From: Azolla caroliniana
Lineage: Eukaryota > Plantae > Polypodiophyta
NCBI GenBank assembly: GCA_043228905.1
Contig: JBHGNT010000016.1
Span: 18,972,001-19,036,000 of the forward strand
Direction of reading: 5' to 3'
Length of the DNA: 64,000 nt
Part shown: positions 1-13,141 of the stretch, one piece after another
Layout of the letters: every line of letters starts with the position of its first letter
How positions within the stretch are numbered: the first letter of the stretch is position 1
Made by a program: the position numbers and the translations under genes
The notes under the pieces: model-generated
Told to the model about the DNA's origin: nothing
Databases searched by the model: none
The model's input: the letters and a program-made list of their open reading frames with translations, nothing else

Positions 1-846
1 TTTATTTGCAACATTACCCTTGCAAATATTAAGAGAAAAGAAGAAATTTTACGTTATAAATGTCAAGAAAAGAAACATGCTACTAGATGGGGATGCACAA
101 GTGGAATAATAATTGGCATAAAAAACCAAAGATGTACGCACAGGTACTTTATTTTTAATCTCATGCATTTTGTACCTATATGATGTTCACTTAACACAAA
201 GATAGATTGTTCTCTACTTCCATAAATTATATGCATGTTTTTGGTTTTTAGTTTTTTTTTGTTTAGTGTGGAACATCTGTTAGGGTTTTTATTTCATTCT
301 TATAATAAAAAGACATAAATGGATAAAATATAGCAAATCTTGTTGTCATGGGGTTTTTGTAGAAAATTAGGAAACTTTTGTGGTGTTTGTTCGCCAACTA
401 GAATAAAGCAAGGATGATACTAAAACGAATAGGACCTGAGAGCAACAACTCTAAGGGACTCTCCATTTGAGATAACGATATATATTTGACAAAGGAGCCC
501 AAATAAACATCATGATAAAAGATGGCAATAATATGTCCATCTTGTACATGTATCATCAAGTTAGCAAATAAGAATGCACCAATGAAATACATATGTGGTA
601 TACAATCCCCCTCAATTACATTTGTTGCGGTTACTAGATGTATGTCGACTATCCAAATGATTCATACGTTGTGAGGGTGCATGACCCATCTTTCTTGGGT
701 GAACGTGTCTTCTTAGTGTTGCGGTTGTGTACAACGATGACATATGATCCTAGAGCAAACATAGATGTGGTATATAAATTAGGGACAATAAAGAAATATA
801 GAGCATTGGTAAATTGAAGAGTAAAACTTTGGGTTATCAAGCATGC

Positions 847-3003
847 TTTTTTTTTTTTTCTTTCAAAGATTTTCCTCATTAGTATTAAGAAAAACATGTG
901 AATGCTACAACTTAAGCTTATGTGCCCAAAAGCTTACAATTTTCATGTACAATGATATACGATAATCCTAAGACCAAAGCTAGAACTTTGTAAAAGGTAA
1001 AAAAGTTTTTGTTGCATTCTGTCGTGCGTCACTGCTAATCAAGAAAGGGTCCAAGGAAGTTGATAGTTCCATTGAGGTTCTTGAGTTGACTCAGAAAATA
1101 GGGGTAACCTTTTCCATAAGTGAAGGAGCTTCTTCTTTCTCTTGTTCACAGTCTCTGGTGAACCCTGCATGTTGTCATACTGGCCGCTGACTACTACCAC
1201 CAACTTCTCCCATATCTCACGCAAGACATTTGAGAGACACTGATATGTCGCATCATAACGTCGGTTGCATCGACATTTCCATAATGCCCATAACGTTATT
1301 GTAGTCACTGTTTTCCATATCTGGGCAGATTGCACCTGCTTTTGAGGTTGTTGAAAGGGGTTGACCAATATCAATCTTCTATTATGTAGCGTCATTGCCT
1401 CTTGAACATCGTTTGCCTCATACAACATCAAACTGGAATGTAACACTCCCCACATTGCTGATCCCCATGAAAATAGGCAAACAACATTGATTGTTAAAAA
1501 TAACAAAAGAACTTTATTCCATACTTGTTGAGCCAAGGAACATGACCAAAGGGCATGCTTGGTAGTCTCCTGCGCTTCATGGCAAAAGTCACATTGTCGA
1601 AGATTGGGTGGTACATTCCCTTTCAATGAGTGACCAATTGGTAAGGCCATATGCACTAATAGCCATCCGAAGAGAGTATTAGTGGCCCCTTGAATGACCA
1701 AATCCATTTCCAGTAGGTTTTCAAATGCAAAGTTGAGACCCCCCAAGTGGTCCAATGTTTCTGAGCTGCTGGTATCCTTGCATTCTGAGAAAGCAGTAGT
1801 GCTCTTCCAAGTTTTACTGAGTATTGAAAGAAAGGAACCTTTATGATCTATTCCCCCCAAGGAATGTGACCAAAACCAGCCCCCCGGATCCCATGTTAAT
1901 CTTGCAACCGGAGTTTTTGCATATAACCACAACATATCACACGTACGAGCAATTGAAGGATAAGGATCGAGCATCCATTTCTTTCCAAATTTAGCAACCA
2001 CTCTGACTGGTGCACTTCGCAAGTGTTGTATATACCTGCATTCTAAGGTGTAAGGTTGTAATGTATGATTGTCTAGGACTTGAAAGTAAGAAGTGCACCC
2101 GTTAGGTGAAACTGCCTTGATAGCCACCAATGTGTCATTTATGAAGCATCCAAACCACATATGTTCTTTCCTGGGTTGAAAGGTTGTAGCAAACGAAGAA
2201 TATGCTGCTGATATACTAGTAGTCATTATCTTGGCACCATGAACTGATTGTAATTGTGCAAGACGGTCTTCTAGTGACATTTGTTGAAATTGATTCCACG
2301 TTCTTACAGATGCAAAGGGCCCATTATCCAATTTTCCCTAGGCAAGGTGAGTTCTCAGGCCCAACACTTTTCCTGCATTATCCCGAAATAAAGAATTGGA
2401 AAAAAGAGGTTGATTAAGTAGTGCATCCCACGTATAAGGCTTGTCCTTAAGCAAGAATGACTTAATCACATCCCATGCCCTTATGATTCCTAGCAAAAAT
2501 CTATTGGATGAAAGATCTTGCCTTGGTGTTTGTACATCATTCAAGAATAACCATTTTAAAGAGGGTGATCAAACACCACCTGTCTTAGGACTTAACTGCA
2601 TCGACTGATTTAAAAATATCCCTTTCCAAGATTCTGATCCTGGCAGCAATCCTCTAATCACAAACTTAGTCAAAAGGGCTCTTGATTGCATTAAAGGGTC
2701 TATCAAACCCAAACCTCCATTGCTTTTAGGTTGGATTAACACATTCCAAGCAACTTTGGCTACTATTGGAGATCCTTGTTTTCCCCCCTAGAGGAAATTC
2801 CAGATCAAACTTTGCACTTTCGTTATTGCAGATCTAGAAAATAGCCAAACGGATGCTATAAACCACATTGAAGCCATAAATACAGAGTTGGCTACTACAA
2901 CCCGACCTGCAAAGGACAATTGTTGGGCATCCCAATGTATTAGTTTACATTTTATTGGGTTATCAAGCATACTTCGATTCATGCGGATGCCAAATTGGAA
3001 CAC
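847..3003 (-). mobile_element. 5'-truncated, degenerate L1-type LINE (C-terminal ORF2 with zf-RVT-like Cys motif, 3' UTR, poly(A) tail)
   Basis: Minus ORFs 2788-3003 (LSFAGRVVVANSV..WF), 2338-2544 and 1039-2331 (CDFCHEAQETTKHALWSC; LWALWKCRCNRRY) are typical plant L1 ORF2 C-terminal motifs. The T-run at 847-859 reads as poly(A) on the minus strand. Confidence 0.85.
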
Positions 3004-3489
3004 TTTTGGTGATTTTGAAGATTATTATTGTATAACCACGCACATCATAAACAAACATAGGCCAACTATAGTGCACATGAAGACTTGGTGAAAATGATCA
3101 TATTTTCCTCATGCAAAAGATGAATAGTGGTAGAGAGGAGAATGTTAAGTGTAATAATTTTGCAAGTGATTGATCACTCTCAACTACACTAAAACTAACT
3201 TGATTTAATTTCAAGGTCAGCTCTATTCAACTCACATTCTCTCTTTTGGAAAGTTTTATGTTTTACAATGACATTGTGTACATCTTGCTATTACTTAAAG
3301 GTTTTAGGCCAAACAAAGGTTAATGGATGCATGGGTTCCTCCTAACTATGCATGGCCTACCAAACACAAAATGCATGAAATCGATCACTAGTTGACATTG
3401 ATTCATAACTCAAATCGCGGTTTTGTGTTCATCCCACCTCTGTGTCATAGTCTTAGATACACTAAAGACTTCTTATAGGTGTAGAACAG

Positions 3490-3942
3490 TGTTGAGCGAG
3501 CAAACTCAACTTGGGCTAGATCGACTTAATAAGTTCAGAGCCGGATCAGATGGAGACCGATCGGCTAGGCTTGGATCGACTGAGTAAGCCAAGAGCCGGA
3601 TTGGATGAAGACTCGGATGGAATCCAACATGCCGTTAGGGGCCTATATTCCTATTTTAGTAAATAGGAATATTATAGGCAAATTAGTGTAAGGTTCATTC
3701 ATGAGCATTAAAGTACTGATAATACTTGTGTCAACCCACTCGTCAGGGCTTGTGTAAAAAGTGCTCTGTGAGCATGTTGTATGTATACAGAGAATATTTT
3801 GCTAATAGAAGTTTTTTAGTTGTCTGCTCTATCTTTGTCTCTCTCTCTCACTGCGTATTTCCATTCTCTATGTTTCTACCTAACTATTGTATTTCCGGAT
3901 AACTGCTTGTGTATTCTACGCTTCCGCATGTATTCTTTTACA
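3490..3942 (+). mobile_element. Solo LTR (Copia-type) with perfect 5-bp TSD AACAG
   Basis: TGTTGAG...TTTTACA termini; AACAG at 3485-3489 and 3943-3947. Shares CTCAACTTGG, (C)TTCCGC and a TTCTTT(T)ACA end with the LTRs at 45775 and 50868. Confidence 0.85.
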
Positions 3943-3999
3943 AACAGTGGAGAAAAATTGATAAATAGATTTTATTATTACCTTTAGAGGTCAAATATG

Positions 4000-4918
4000 A
4001 CCTATGAATATGACATTTTCACATAATACAGGTGAAAGGGGAAAATGAACAGGTCATGACATGGCACCAATATAGAAAGGCAGTGATGAGAAAGAAAAGA
4101 TAATACTTCCAAATGGAAGAAAGGAAAAAGAAAAGGTTGTTTAAGCTCTAACCAAAACTAGCGTGAAGACAACTCAATGGAAAAAATTAATAATCAAAGG
4201 TGGAAAGGTAGTACATGGTTGGGAACTAAAAAAGATGGCTAATGGGAAAGTTGTAGATGTAACTCTTATTATAAGAGAGCTCTTAAAATGGACAATGCCA
4301 CATAGATCAAGCTATTAAACAAGGTTTGCCAAATGATTGGCTCATAAATTAGATTAAGCCAATTTTTAAAGTATCAAATTATTGCACAATCATGGAAAGA
4401 TGAACTACTGTTAAATTGTATATAAAACTATCATGTAGCAAAAGGGAAGTGCATGGACTAAAACTTGAAACAAACGAGCACTTGGGCAAGTAGGTTTTAG
4501 ACCAAAATCTACTCCACGGTGGGTTTGGTTACATTAAGAGTAATTATAGAAGAAGGTTGTCTACAAGGATAGACACTCTATCATTATTTTGTTGTTAAAA
4601 AAAAAGCTTTTGATATAATACCATGAAGTAAGCTTTGGAATAGAATGGTGGAAATTGGCACGCCATTATAGTATGACGTTGCACAATTATATGAGCAAAT
4701 TAGATGCCAACTAAAAACTGAGAAGAATTTTCAAAATATGTTTTAAATTACATGCGGGTTAAACAATGATGTCCATTATCACCTACACTCTTTGGTTTAT
4801 GCATTGATAAATTGGAAGAAGTGGTGAATAGGGTTGCAAGAGAAGAAGGATTAGATGCTCCAAAACTTATGCAACATTATCTTATTGCTTTTATATGCGG
4901 ATGACGTGGTAATCTTTT
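4000..4918 (+). mobile_element. Highly degenerate non-LTR retrotransposon RT fragment
   Basis: About 4880-4918 reads LLLLYADDVVIF (RT catalytic YADD). About 4757-4820 is a decayed G-K-Q-x-CPLSPTLFGLCIDKLEE motif. The fragment is cut by an LTR at ~4919. The left boundary is approximate. Confidence 0.65.
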
Positions 4919-6279
4919 GATGAGAATCAACCTCAACTTGTGTGAACATGTGCCTATGAAGAAAAACACAATGCGTGAAAATGTGTGTGAAATACTTTAT
5001 TATAATCCCTGTGAACTGTCTAGTTACACGAAGAACTAGATTATGATATCTAGCTAGTTGTCAAGTGTAAATGTTGTCTAAGAATATTATATATTCTTAT
5101 GACCGAATCACACCCAAGTGGATATGTATGAGTAGATTCTACAGACCACATTTAATGTGGTAGTCTCTTGAGGACTTGTATAAAAAAAAACCCCTTGGCC
5201 CATTGTGTCTTGTTGACAATCTTTAGTTGATTAATATAGTTTTTTCTTCAATGCATAAGTTATCATTCCCCTAGCGCGTATCTTATTATTTATGGTTATT
5301 TTCTTTGATTCCTTCTCTTGCTTACACATCCACTCCCAAACACGCACTACGCTTCCGCATACCCCAACTTTAAGAGAGTTAGATTCTTTACATGGTATCA
5401 GAACTTGAGGGTTGGAGATCCTTCACCGAACTCTTCGGTTAAAATTGTGTGAGCAATTAGGGACACCATTTCAAATTAGCTATCTTCATAATTTGTAACT
5501 ATGTTGTTGCACGACAAGAGGTTCACAACAAGAAACAATGCCTGACTTTATAAACCCCAACTACCCCATGTGGCACCAAAGTGCAAATTGGGTAATCTAC
5601 TGCTTGGCAACATGTGTTCAAGATCACATGTTAGCCTATATTTGAGACGCGAAGGCCCCAAAGAATGCTCGGAAAAACTTGAAGAAGATGTTCGCGGCTT
5701 CAATCACAGCCGAAAAACTTTAACTCTGATAGGAGTTGAACAATATTCGATCGATGGATATGTCTATGATGGACTATACCCTCTAGATCAAAGACTTGTG
5801 TGACTCACTCGTCTCCATTGATGTTGCAGTTGCCAGTGATGAGATGGTGCATATGTGCCTTGGGTTTAGGTACTCCGTTACCTTCATTGACGATTATTCG
5901 TTGCATGCTTGGATATGGCCAATGAAGTCGAAAAGTGAGGCCTTCTCTAACTTTCTCAAGTTAAAGAATTGAGTGGAGAACGAGACAAGTTGTAAGATTC
6001 AATGCTTACAGTCTAATAGTGCCGAGAATACTTCTTAGCCAAGTTCATGAACTTTCTAGAAGATTCTCTGAGAATTCTCTTTCTGGTACACATCACAACA
6101 AAACGGTGTTGATGAGTGGAAGAATCAAACAATTCTTGTGATGGTTTATGCCATGTTGTAGAAGAAGAACATGCAAAGATCTATGAGGCAGAGGCAACAG
6201 TCACAACCATGTCTCTCATCAATGGGTGCACGACCGAGGGTATCCATGACGTCACTCCTCACGAGAAGTATTTTGGGAG
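4919..6279 (+). mobile_element. Ty1/Copia element A, 5' part: LTR (~4919-5392), PBS, internally deleted gag and integrase remnants
   Basis: The LTR starts (T)TGAGAATCAACCTCAACTTG and ends GATTCTTTACA, followed by PBS TGGTATCAGA (5393-5402, tRNA-iMet). The integrase fragment GIHDVTPHEKYFG is the same family as the 45775 element. Confidence 0.75.
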
Positions 6280-9117
6280 TGTTGGCATGAAAGGCCGACT
6301 CCTTCCACTTTGTATCCTTACTAGTGTGAACACGTCCAATAGTTAGGGCTTGAGTATATAAGCCCTAACCTAACGTTGTAATATTCTTCTTGATCATTCT
6401 TTTATTATGAGTCTTTGAGAGAGAGAGGGAACAGATATAATAACAAAACTTCCATTAAATCTTAAGAGTGTGTCCATCTTCTTGTCTTCATTCTTTTCTG
6501 TGTTGTTTGCTGAGTACTTCTCAACAGGTCCTCATACATACTTCCACACATATTCAAACACCATATCCCACAATTGGTATCAGAGTGACTTGCCGTTCGA
6601 TGACAACAAACAACAGGAAAAGCTGAAAAGAGAAAAGACCGGGGTAGTGAATCTTACTTCCATAAAGAACATGGCCTTAACATCCAGTACAAGAGTTGAG
6701 ATCCGAAATTTTGATGGCAACAACTTTGTGCTATGGAAGGAGATGATGCAGGACGTGTTGATCATTTGAAGACAGGTCGAAGCCATCCGGCACAGCGAAA
6801 AGCCTGCTTCAATGTCAGCCAAAGAGTGGAGATCAATAGACGAAATCGCTCGCTCCACCATTCGGATGCACCTAGCCGAAAACATCTACTTCAACATGGC
6901 AAAAGAGACGACAACGTTCTCACTATGGAGAAGCTACAAGTTGTATATGAAAAGAAGTTATCATCTTCAAAATTAATATTGCATGGCAACTATTCAATAT
7001 GAAGATGAGAGAGTCAGACCCATCCACCTCCCATATCAACACCTTCAACCAAGTGTTGTCTGAACTCTCCTCCCAAGGGATTAACTTTGAAGAAAAAGTG
7101 AAAGCCCTTGCCCTCTTGTCGAGCTTGTCGGCGAGTTGGGAGACCGTATTCTGCATGACATTTGCCAATAGCTGTCTGCTCCTAAATCTAGATGAGACGA
7201 TCGGCCAAGTCCTCACGGAGGATATTCGGCTAAAATCGATGGGACTCACCATCGATGAATCGGTAGAAACCCACCACTCAACTAAGTTGATCGATCGACC
7301 GAATCGATCGAAAGAACAAGTCGATAGAACCGATTGACACCACAATCGATCGAAAACAAGGGGAGACCGACGATAGTCGAAGTTGAGAATGGGCCGATCA
7401 GGCGAATTCTGCACCCATTGCAAAAAATCTAGTCACAATGTTTCCAAATTGTTGGTCGATCAAAAGGAAAGAGACTGTTCGACGATCCGAGCAGAATCAA
7501 GGACGACCTGACTCAAACCACTCTCTAGTAGGCAACCAACTCAATGTTGCCGACACCCGATCGGGAGAAATCCTCTCCTTAAGAGGACTCGATGATCGAA
7601 TAAGTCATCTACAATGCACAAGATGCACATACGTGGTTGCTAAACTCCGACGCCACATTTCACGTAACCCCAAACATCGAATGGTTTTCAAACTATTCGG
7701 TCAGTGCTAGCGGCACAATCTGATGAGGCAATGGGCAGGAGTGCAGAATCGCAAGAATTGGCGAAGTGCCAATTCAATTGTGAAATGGCAACACGATAGT
7801 CCTGTACCAAGTTCGGCATTTACCCACACTAAAAAGGAGTCTGGTCTCCATTGGCATGTTAACCAAATACGGGTATAGAACGACTTTGAGCGAGTCGACA
7901 TAGATGGTCAGCCGTGGAAACCTAAAGATAGGAAGTGGGCACAAGTACAACAACTTGTACCCAATGATGGCGATCAATCCAGAAGGGGCCGTGAATGTAG
8001 CCGAAAAGACCGACCCAAACTTATGGCATGGCCGACTCGGTCATATGTCTCAAGCCGGACTCGATCAACTGATGGAGGTCGGCTACATTTTGAAACTCTA
8101 AGTGAAGATGGACTTTTGCAAGCATTGTCGCTATGGGAAACAGACCCGAAGTCTGCACTCCCTCCATTATGAGACGATATGAAAACCCCTAGAGCTATGT
8201 GGGCCTATGCCTGAGAGTTCACTCAGAGGCTCCCGATACTTCATCACATTTGTAGATGATTGCACACGGAAAGTCTGGGCCTATTCGATTAGGTCCAAAG
8301 ATGAAGCGCTTGAGGTCTTCACTCGGTGGATAGCTGAAGTGGAGAACCGGTCAAGACACAGAGTGAAGAGACTCTGATCCGACAACGGAGGTAAATACAG
8401 TACATGTACGACATCAAAGGATCGTTTCATACACACCCATGCAGAATGGAGCGACCGAACGAATCAACAGAACGATCCAAGAGAGGATGACACAATGCTC
8501 CAACAAGTCGGACTAAAGTTGGAGTTCTAGGACAAAGTAATGTAGACGACAATATATCTAATCAACTGGTCGCCGTCGAAAGCAATAAGGCTCGAAGTGC
8601 CACATGCACTATGGTCAGGCAAACAACCGACCTACGATAGGCTCCGTATATTCGGATGTGAAGCCTACACATTCATCCCCAGGGAGATAAGGAACAAGTT
8701 GGCACCCCATGCAACGAAATGCATATTTCTCGGTTATGGAACCGATGGGGAATTCGGCTACAGGCTATGGGACTCAGAGAACAAGCAATTGATCCGGAGC
8801 AGTGACGTAGTCTTCAATGAAGGCTCTATTCTCTCTGAGTGGAACCAACAGAAAATAGTGGGCAAAAAGGTCTCTTTCGAAATCAACGAAGAACTCGTAG
8901 AAAGACCGACCCACCGGGCTGAATCAGAGATTCGACAAACAATCAAACTCGACCAAGCCAACAATACACTTGCCAACTCCGAATTAGTAAGAGGTCCACT
9001 AGTTGAACTCGAAGACAAAGCCAACACGGTGTGTGCCGGAGACGATAGAGTTAAAAGAGACAACGTCGACCTGACCAAGACACCCAAAGTCAAAGGGAAA
9101 AATAGAACCGAATCGAC
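6280..9117 (+). mobile_element. Ty1/Copia element B nested in element A: 5' LTR 6280-6572, PBS 6575-6585, frameshifted gag-protease-integrase, 3'-truncated
   Basis: TGTTGG...CCCACA LTR and TGGTATCAGAG PBS. gag FDGNNFVLWK, GAG-pre-integrase LWHGRLGHMS and integrase C-terminus KCIFLGYGTDGEFGYRLWD. No RT or 3' LTR; it ends abruptly at the palindrome array. Confidence 0.85.
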
Positions 9118-11105
9118 TAAAACTTTTCCATTAAAAAAATATTCTTGCATTTTCAACTGAGACACAATGCATTGCATAAAATATTAGCTATATAGACTAA
9201 AATATGATACATTGCATTGGATTTCAGTTAAAAATCCCCTTTTTAAATATCTTTAAAAAATCCCGTTTTTCTTAGATTCTCATAGTAAGCCTTTGATGTC
9301 AAACAAAAATTTGATGCATTCCATCTAGATCTGATGCACTATGTCAAATTTTACTCTATACATCTAGAATTTGATGTAGTGCATCAGATTCCTGTTGTAA
9401 GTCTTGGAATTTCTTAAAACTTTTTCATTAAAAAAATATTCTTCCATTTTCAACTAAGACACAATGCATTGCATAAAATATTAGCTATATAGACTAAAAT
9501 ATGATACATTGCATTGGATTTCAGTTAAAAATCCCCTTTTTAAATATCTTTAAAAAATGGAAAAAAAATAAAAATCTTGGATTTTCAACTAGAATTCAAC
9601 GCATTGCATTGTATTTTACTTTATACATCTAGAATATGATGAATTGCATTGGATTTTAGTTGAAAATAAGCAATTTATTTATTATTATTATTTTCATTTT
9701 TTCTATACCAAGATTTAAAAAAAAACAAAATGTATTATCAATTGAAATTCGATGTATTGTAACGAATTTTAGTCTATAAAACTAGAATTTGATGCAATGC
9801 ATTGGATCTCAGTTGAAAATCTATTTTAATTTTAATTTTTTAAAGTTTTATATTATTTTCCATAAAAGTACAAAAAAATGGATTTTCAACTAAAATCTGA
9901 TGCATTGCATCAGATTCTAGCTGTATATACTAAAATCCGATGCAGTGCATCGGATTTCCGCTGAAAATCCATTTTTTTTAATTTGTAAAATTTTTCCATA
10001 AATAAATATTAAAAAAATTTTAAAATGTATTTTCAACTAAAATCTGATGCACTGCATCAAATTTCAGTTGAAATCCATTTTTTTGAATTGTTTTATTTTT
10101 CCTATAAAAAATAAATAAATATTGAAAAAATGGATTTTCAACTGAATTCCGATGTCTGATGCAGTGCATCGGATTTCAGTTGAGAATCCACTTTTTCTTA
10201 TTTATTTTCAAATTTTTTTATTTTTTTATTTTTTCCATAGAACAATATTAAAAAAAAAGAAGGATTTCCAACAGGAATATGATGCACTACATCAAATTTC
10301 GGTTGAAAATCCATCATTTTCAACAGATTTTGGCATTTAAAATGATGGATTTCCAACCAAAATCCGATGCACTGCATCGGATTTCCATTGAAAGTCCAAG
10401 ATTTTTCTTTTGTTTTTCATTTATCATGGAATTTGAACCGAAATCCGATGTAGTGCATCAGATTTTGGTTAAAAATCCAATTTTTTTTTTTTTTGTTCTT
10501 TCATTGTTTTATGAAAAAAGTAACTGAAATTTTGATTTTCAATTGAAATCCGATGTAGTGCATCAGATTTCAAATGGAAATCCATTTTTTGAAATATTTT
10601 TATTTATTTATTGAAAAAATGAAAAACAATTGAAAAGAAAAAGGATTTTCAACTAAAATCCGATGCACTACATTGGATTTCAATTGAAAATCCATTTTTT
10701 TTATTTTTTTATTTTTTTTATTTTTTTATTTTTTATTTTTTTATTTTTTATTTTATGGAAAAAAAGAAAAAAGGATTTTCGACTTTAATCCAAAGCATTG
10801 CATTGGATTCTAGCTATATAGACTAAAATACAATGTAGTGCATCATATTTTAGCTGACAATCCATTTATTATTTTTTTATGGATTTTTTTTTACAATTTT
10901 ATCCAGTTGAAAATTCGATATAGTGAATTTGATCCTAAATGTGGCTCCAAACACAACATAAAGACAAACAAGAAGCATGGCTTAGAACCATGATGTATTG
11001 CAACGAATTATACTCTATACATCTAGAATATGATGCAGTGCAATGGATTCTTGTTGTAAGTGTTGGATTTGCAACAAAAATGCGATGCATTGCATCAAAT
11101 TTGAA
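9118..11105. repeat. Array of ~51-bp palindromic units (approx. GGATTTTCAACTRAAATCCGATGCA-N-TGCATCGGATTTYAGTTGAAAATCC) separated by A/T-rich spacers
   Basis: Units start at about 9579, 9731, 9880, 10026, 10132, 10262, 10347, 10428, 10533, 10643 and 10773, with more degenerate ones at both ends. Includes a ~145-bp direct duplication (about 9118-9260 and 9416-9558). Confidence 0.9.
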
Positions 11106-11769
11106 AATTTCCCCTAGTTTTCTATGTAATTAGACCTCCATTTTCTGTAGTTTTCACCATGTTTTTTTGCTAAGAAATACTCATTTTATGGGAATTATTG
11201 AATCTTTCCATTTAACTGCAAACTCCACACATAATTTAAAAATGCAAATAAAAAACCAAAAATGTTGACTGCCAATGGTCCCCTCTTCCATGGTAATGCA
11301 TCTTGGTCCGAAACAAAGTTACAACAGGTTGTTTTTGAAATAAAGTTCTTAACATGACAACAAGTTGAGAACAATGGTCTACATTTTGAGATGAATCAAT
11401 AACAGAGTGGATTGATTTAATACTAAGAGACGCATTCTATATAAATAGACATAAATTACAGTTTGTAAAATTTGTTCAATGGGGTACCATTTTCATAATT
11501 TGTAAAATCGGCGTTAATACAATTAAGCTGACATGGAATTCCATTCCTTATTTCCAAATTGGATAAAAGAACATGACATATGGAATATGAAACTATTGAC
11601 TTTCTTGTCATGAAAATAATTAGTTGAGAATTTTGGTATGTTTTAAGAAACTGTGTATGCATGTGTTATACCATCGTAAAATTGTCTAAAATGAACCATT
11701 TTTTAACATCTCCCTAGAAGTAAAAAAGAGAACACGACATATTACCTGTTTCAAATGTCCAGGTGTATG

Positions 11770-12442
11770 ATGAGTAAAGAAGGCCCTAGAGGTGGCGAAC
11801 AAAAGACTCCGTCAATCGAGCAGACAAAAGAACCTGATTGTAAGGTTTAGGTACAACGAGTACATGGCGCATCACTATGCATTCGACTCACAAAGAAGCT
11901 ACCCAAGATCCCCGGTGGATCAAGGCAATGATGGAGGAGATGTACACATTGTTTGACAATAATGTTTGGGATTTAGTCCCATCCTCGGACACCGAGAAGA
12001 AGCCAATTGGTTGCGCTAGGTCTTCAAGATAAAGCATAATGCGGATGGTATAGTCAATCAGTTCAAGGCTCGACTAGTCGTTAAGGGGTATGCACAAACC
12101 CATGGCATAGAGTCTTAGACTATGAGGAAACATTTGCCTTGGTGGCAAAATTGACTATTGTGAGGATGATAATTGCACTCAGCCATGAAAGGGTAGCACT
12201 TGCACCAAATGGACATGAAGAACACGTTCCTCCAAGGCAAGCTCGAGAGTTTACATGATGCAACCACCTGGCTTCAAATTGAGCAAACATCCACAAGCAG
12301 TTTGCCGATTGACGAAGCTACTCTATGAACTAAAGCAAGCCCCAAGAGCATGACATTTGAAGCTCACATTATATCTTCAAAACATCAGCTTCTGAATATA
12401 AAAATTTGATAACTCGTTGTATATTTGGAACAATTCCACCCA
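11770..12442 (+). mobile_element. Degenerate Copia RT fragment (probable continuation of element A)
   Basis: Reads RYNEYMAHHYAF, KARLVVKGYAQTHG and LHQMDMKNTFLQG with frameshifts. Colinear with the RT in ORF 48801-50438. Confidence 0.8.
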
Positions 12443-13141
12443 TGTAACACAGTTTGTTTATCACCAAAATTCATTTCACGGCTTCCCAATTATCTTTGCT
12501 AGGATTCGAGACAAAACAACTTACTACACCAAATGCATGAGCAATGGTAGGCCTCCTGCGTACCTTAGCGTGTAGGATCTATGTATCGATGGAGTTAATC
12601 CCTCCTCGATTTCATCTGCGGAGCTCGAACCAGCCATACCCTTTTGATGGCGAATCATGCGAAGATGGTTGTCACTCACCTTCCAGCCTCACATTCACTT
12701 AACGATTAAGAGATGATTAAGAATAATATCCCTCTCCCTCTCTCTCATAGACAATAGAAGCAAAGAATATATTTATTACCCCTATTGCTAAGAGGTCTAC
12801 CACCAACAAGGAAGAGAGAATAGTGTTTCTCTACTAAACACTATCACTAATCTCTCTTAGGCTCAAAGGTTACAAGAAGAGAAGAGAGAAACCTTACACT
12901 CTTAATCACTAGGGAGATCTCTACCAATGGAAGAACCCTTACAAAGACACCACAATGTGGTGTATATAGGATTTACATTTGGAGTATGACCCTTTCACAC
13001 TTGGCCGCCCATTAGCTCCCTTCCCTCTTGGTTTGCTCTTGCCATTTCCTCTTCATGGTTCCTTTAGTCATACAATATCCTTGTTGATGCGCCCTTCTTC
13101 ACAACCAATTGTGGTGCAATCCAACGCTTAACATCCCCCCA
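12443..13141 (-). mobile_element. Probable 3' LTR (12443-13133) of a minus-strand LTR element with its polypurine tract
   Basis: On the minus strand, GGTTGGGGGGA (PPT) is immediately followed by TGTTAAGCG...GTGTTACA. It interrupts the Copia RT at 12442. Confidence 0.55.

Noticed and set aside
9118-11105. CRISPR array
   Set aside because: The repeats are degenerate, the spacers are low-complexity A/T runs of irregular length, there are no cas genes and the context is eukaryotic.
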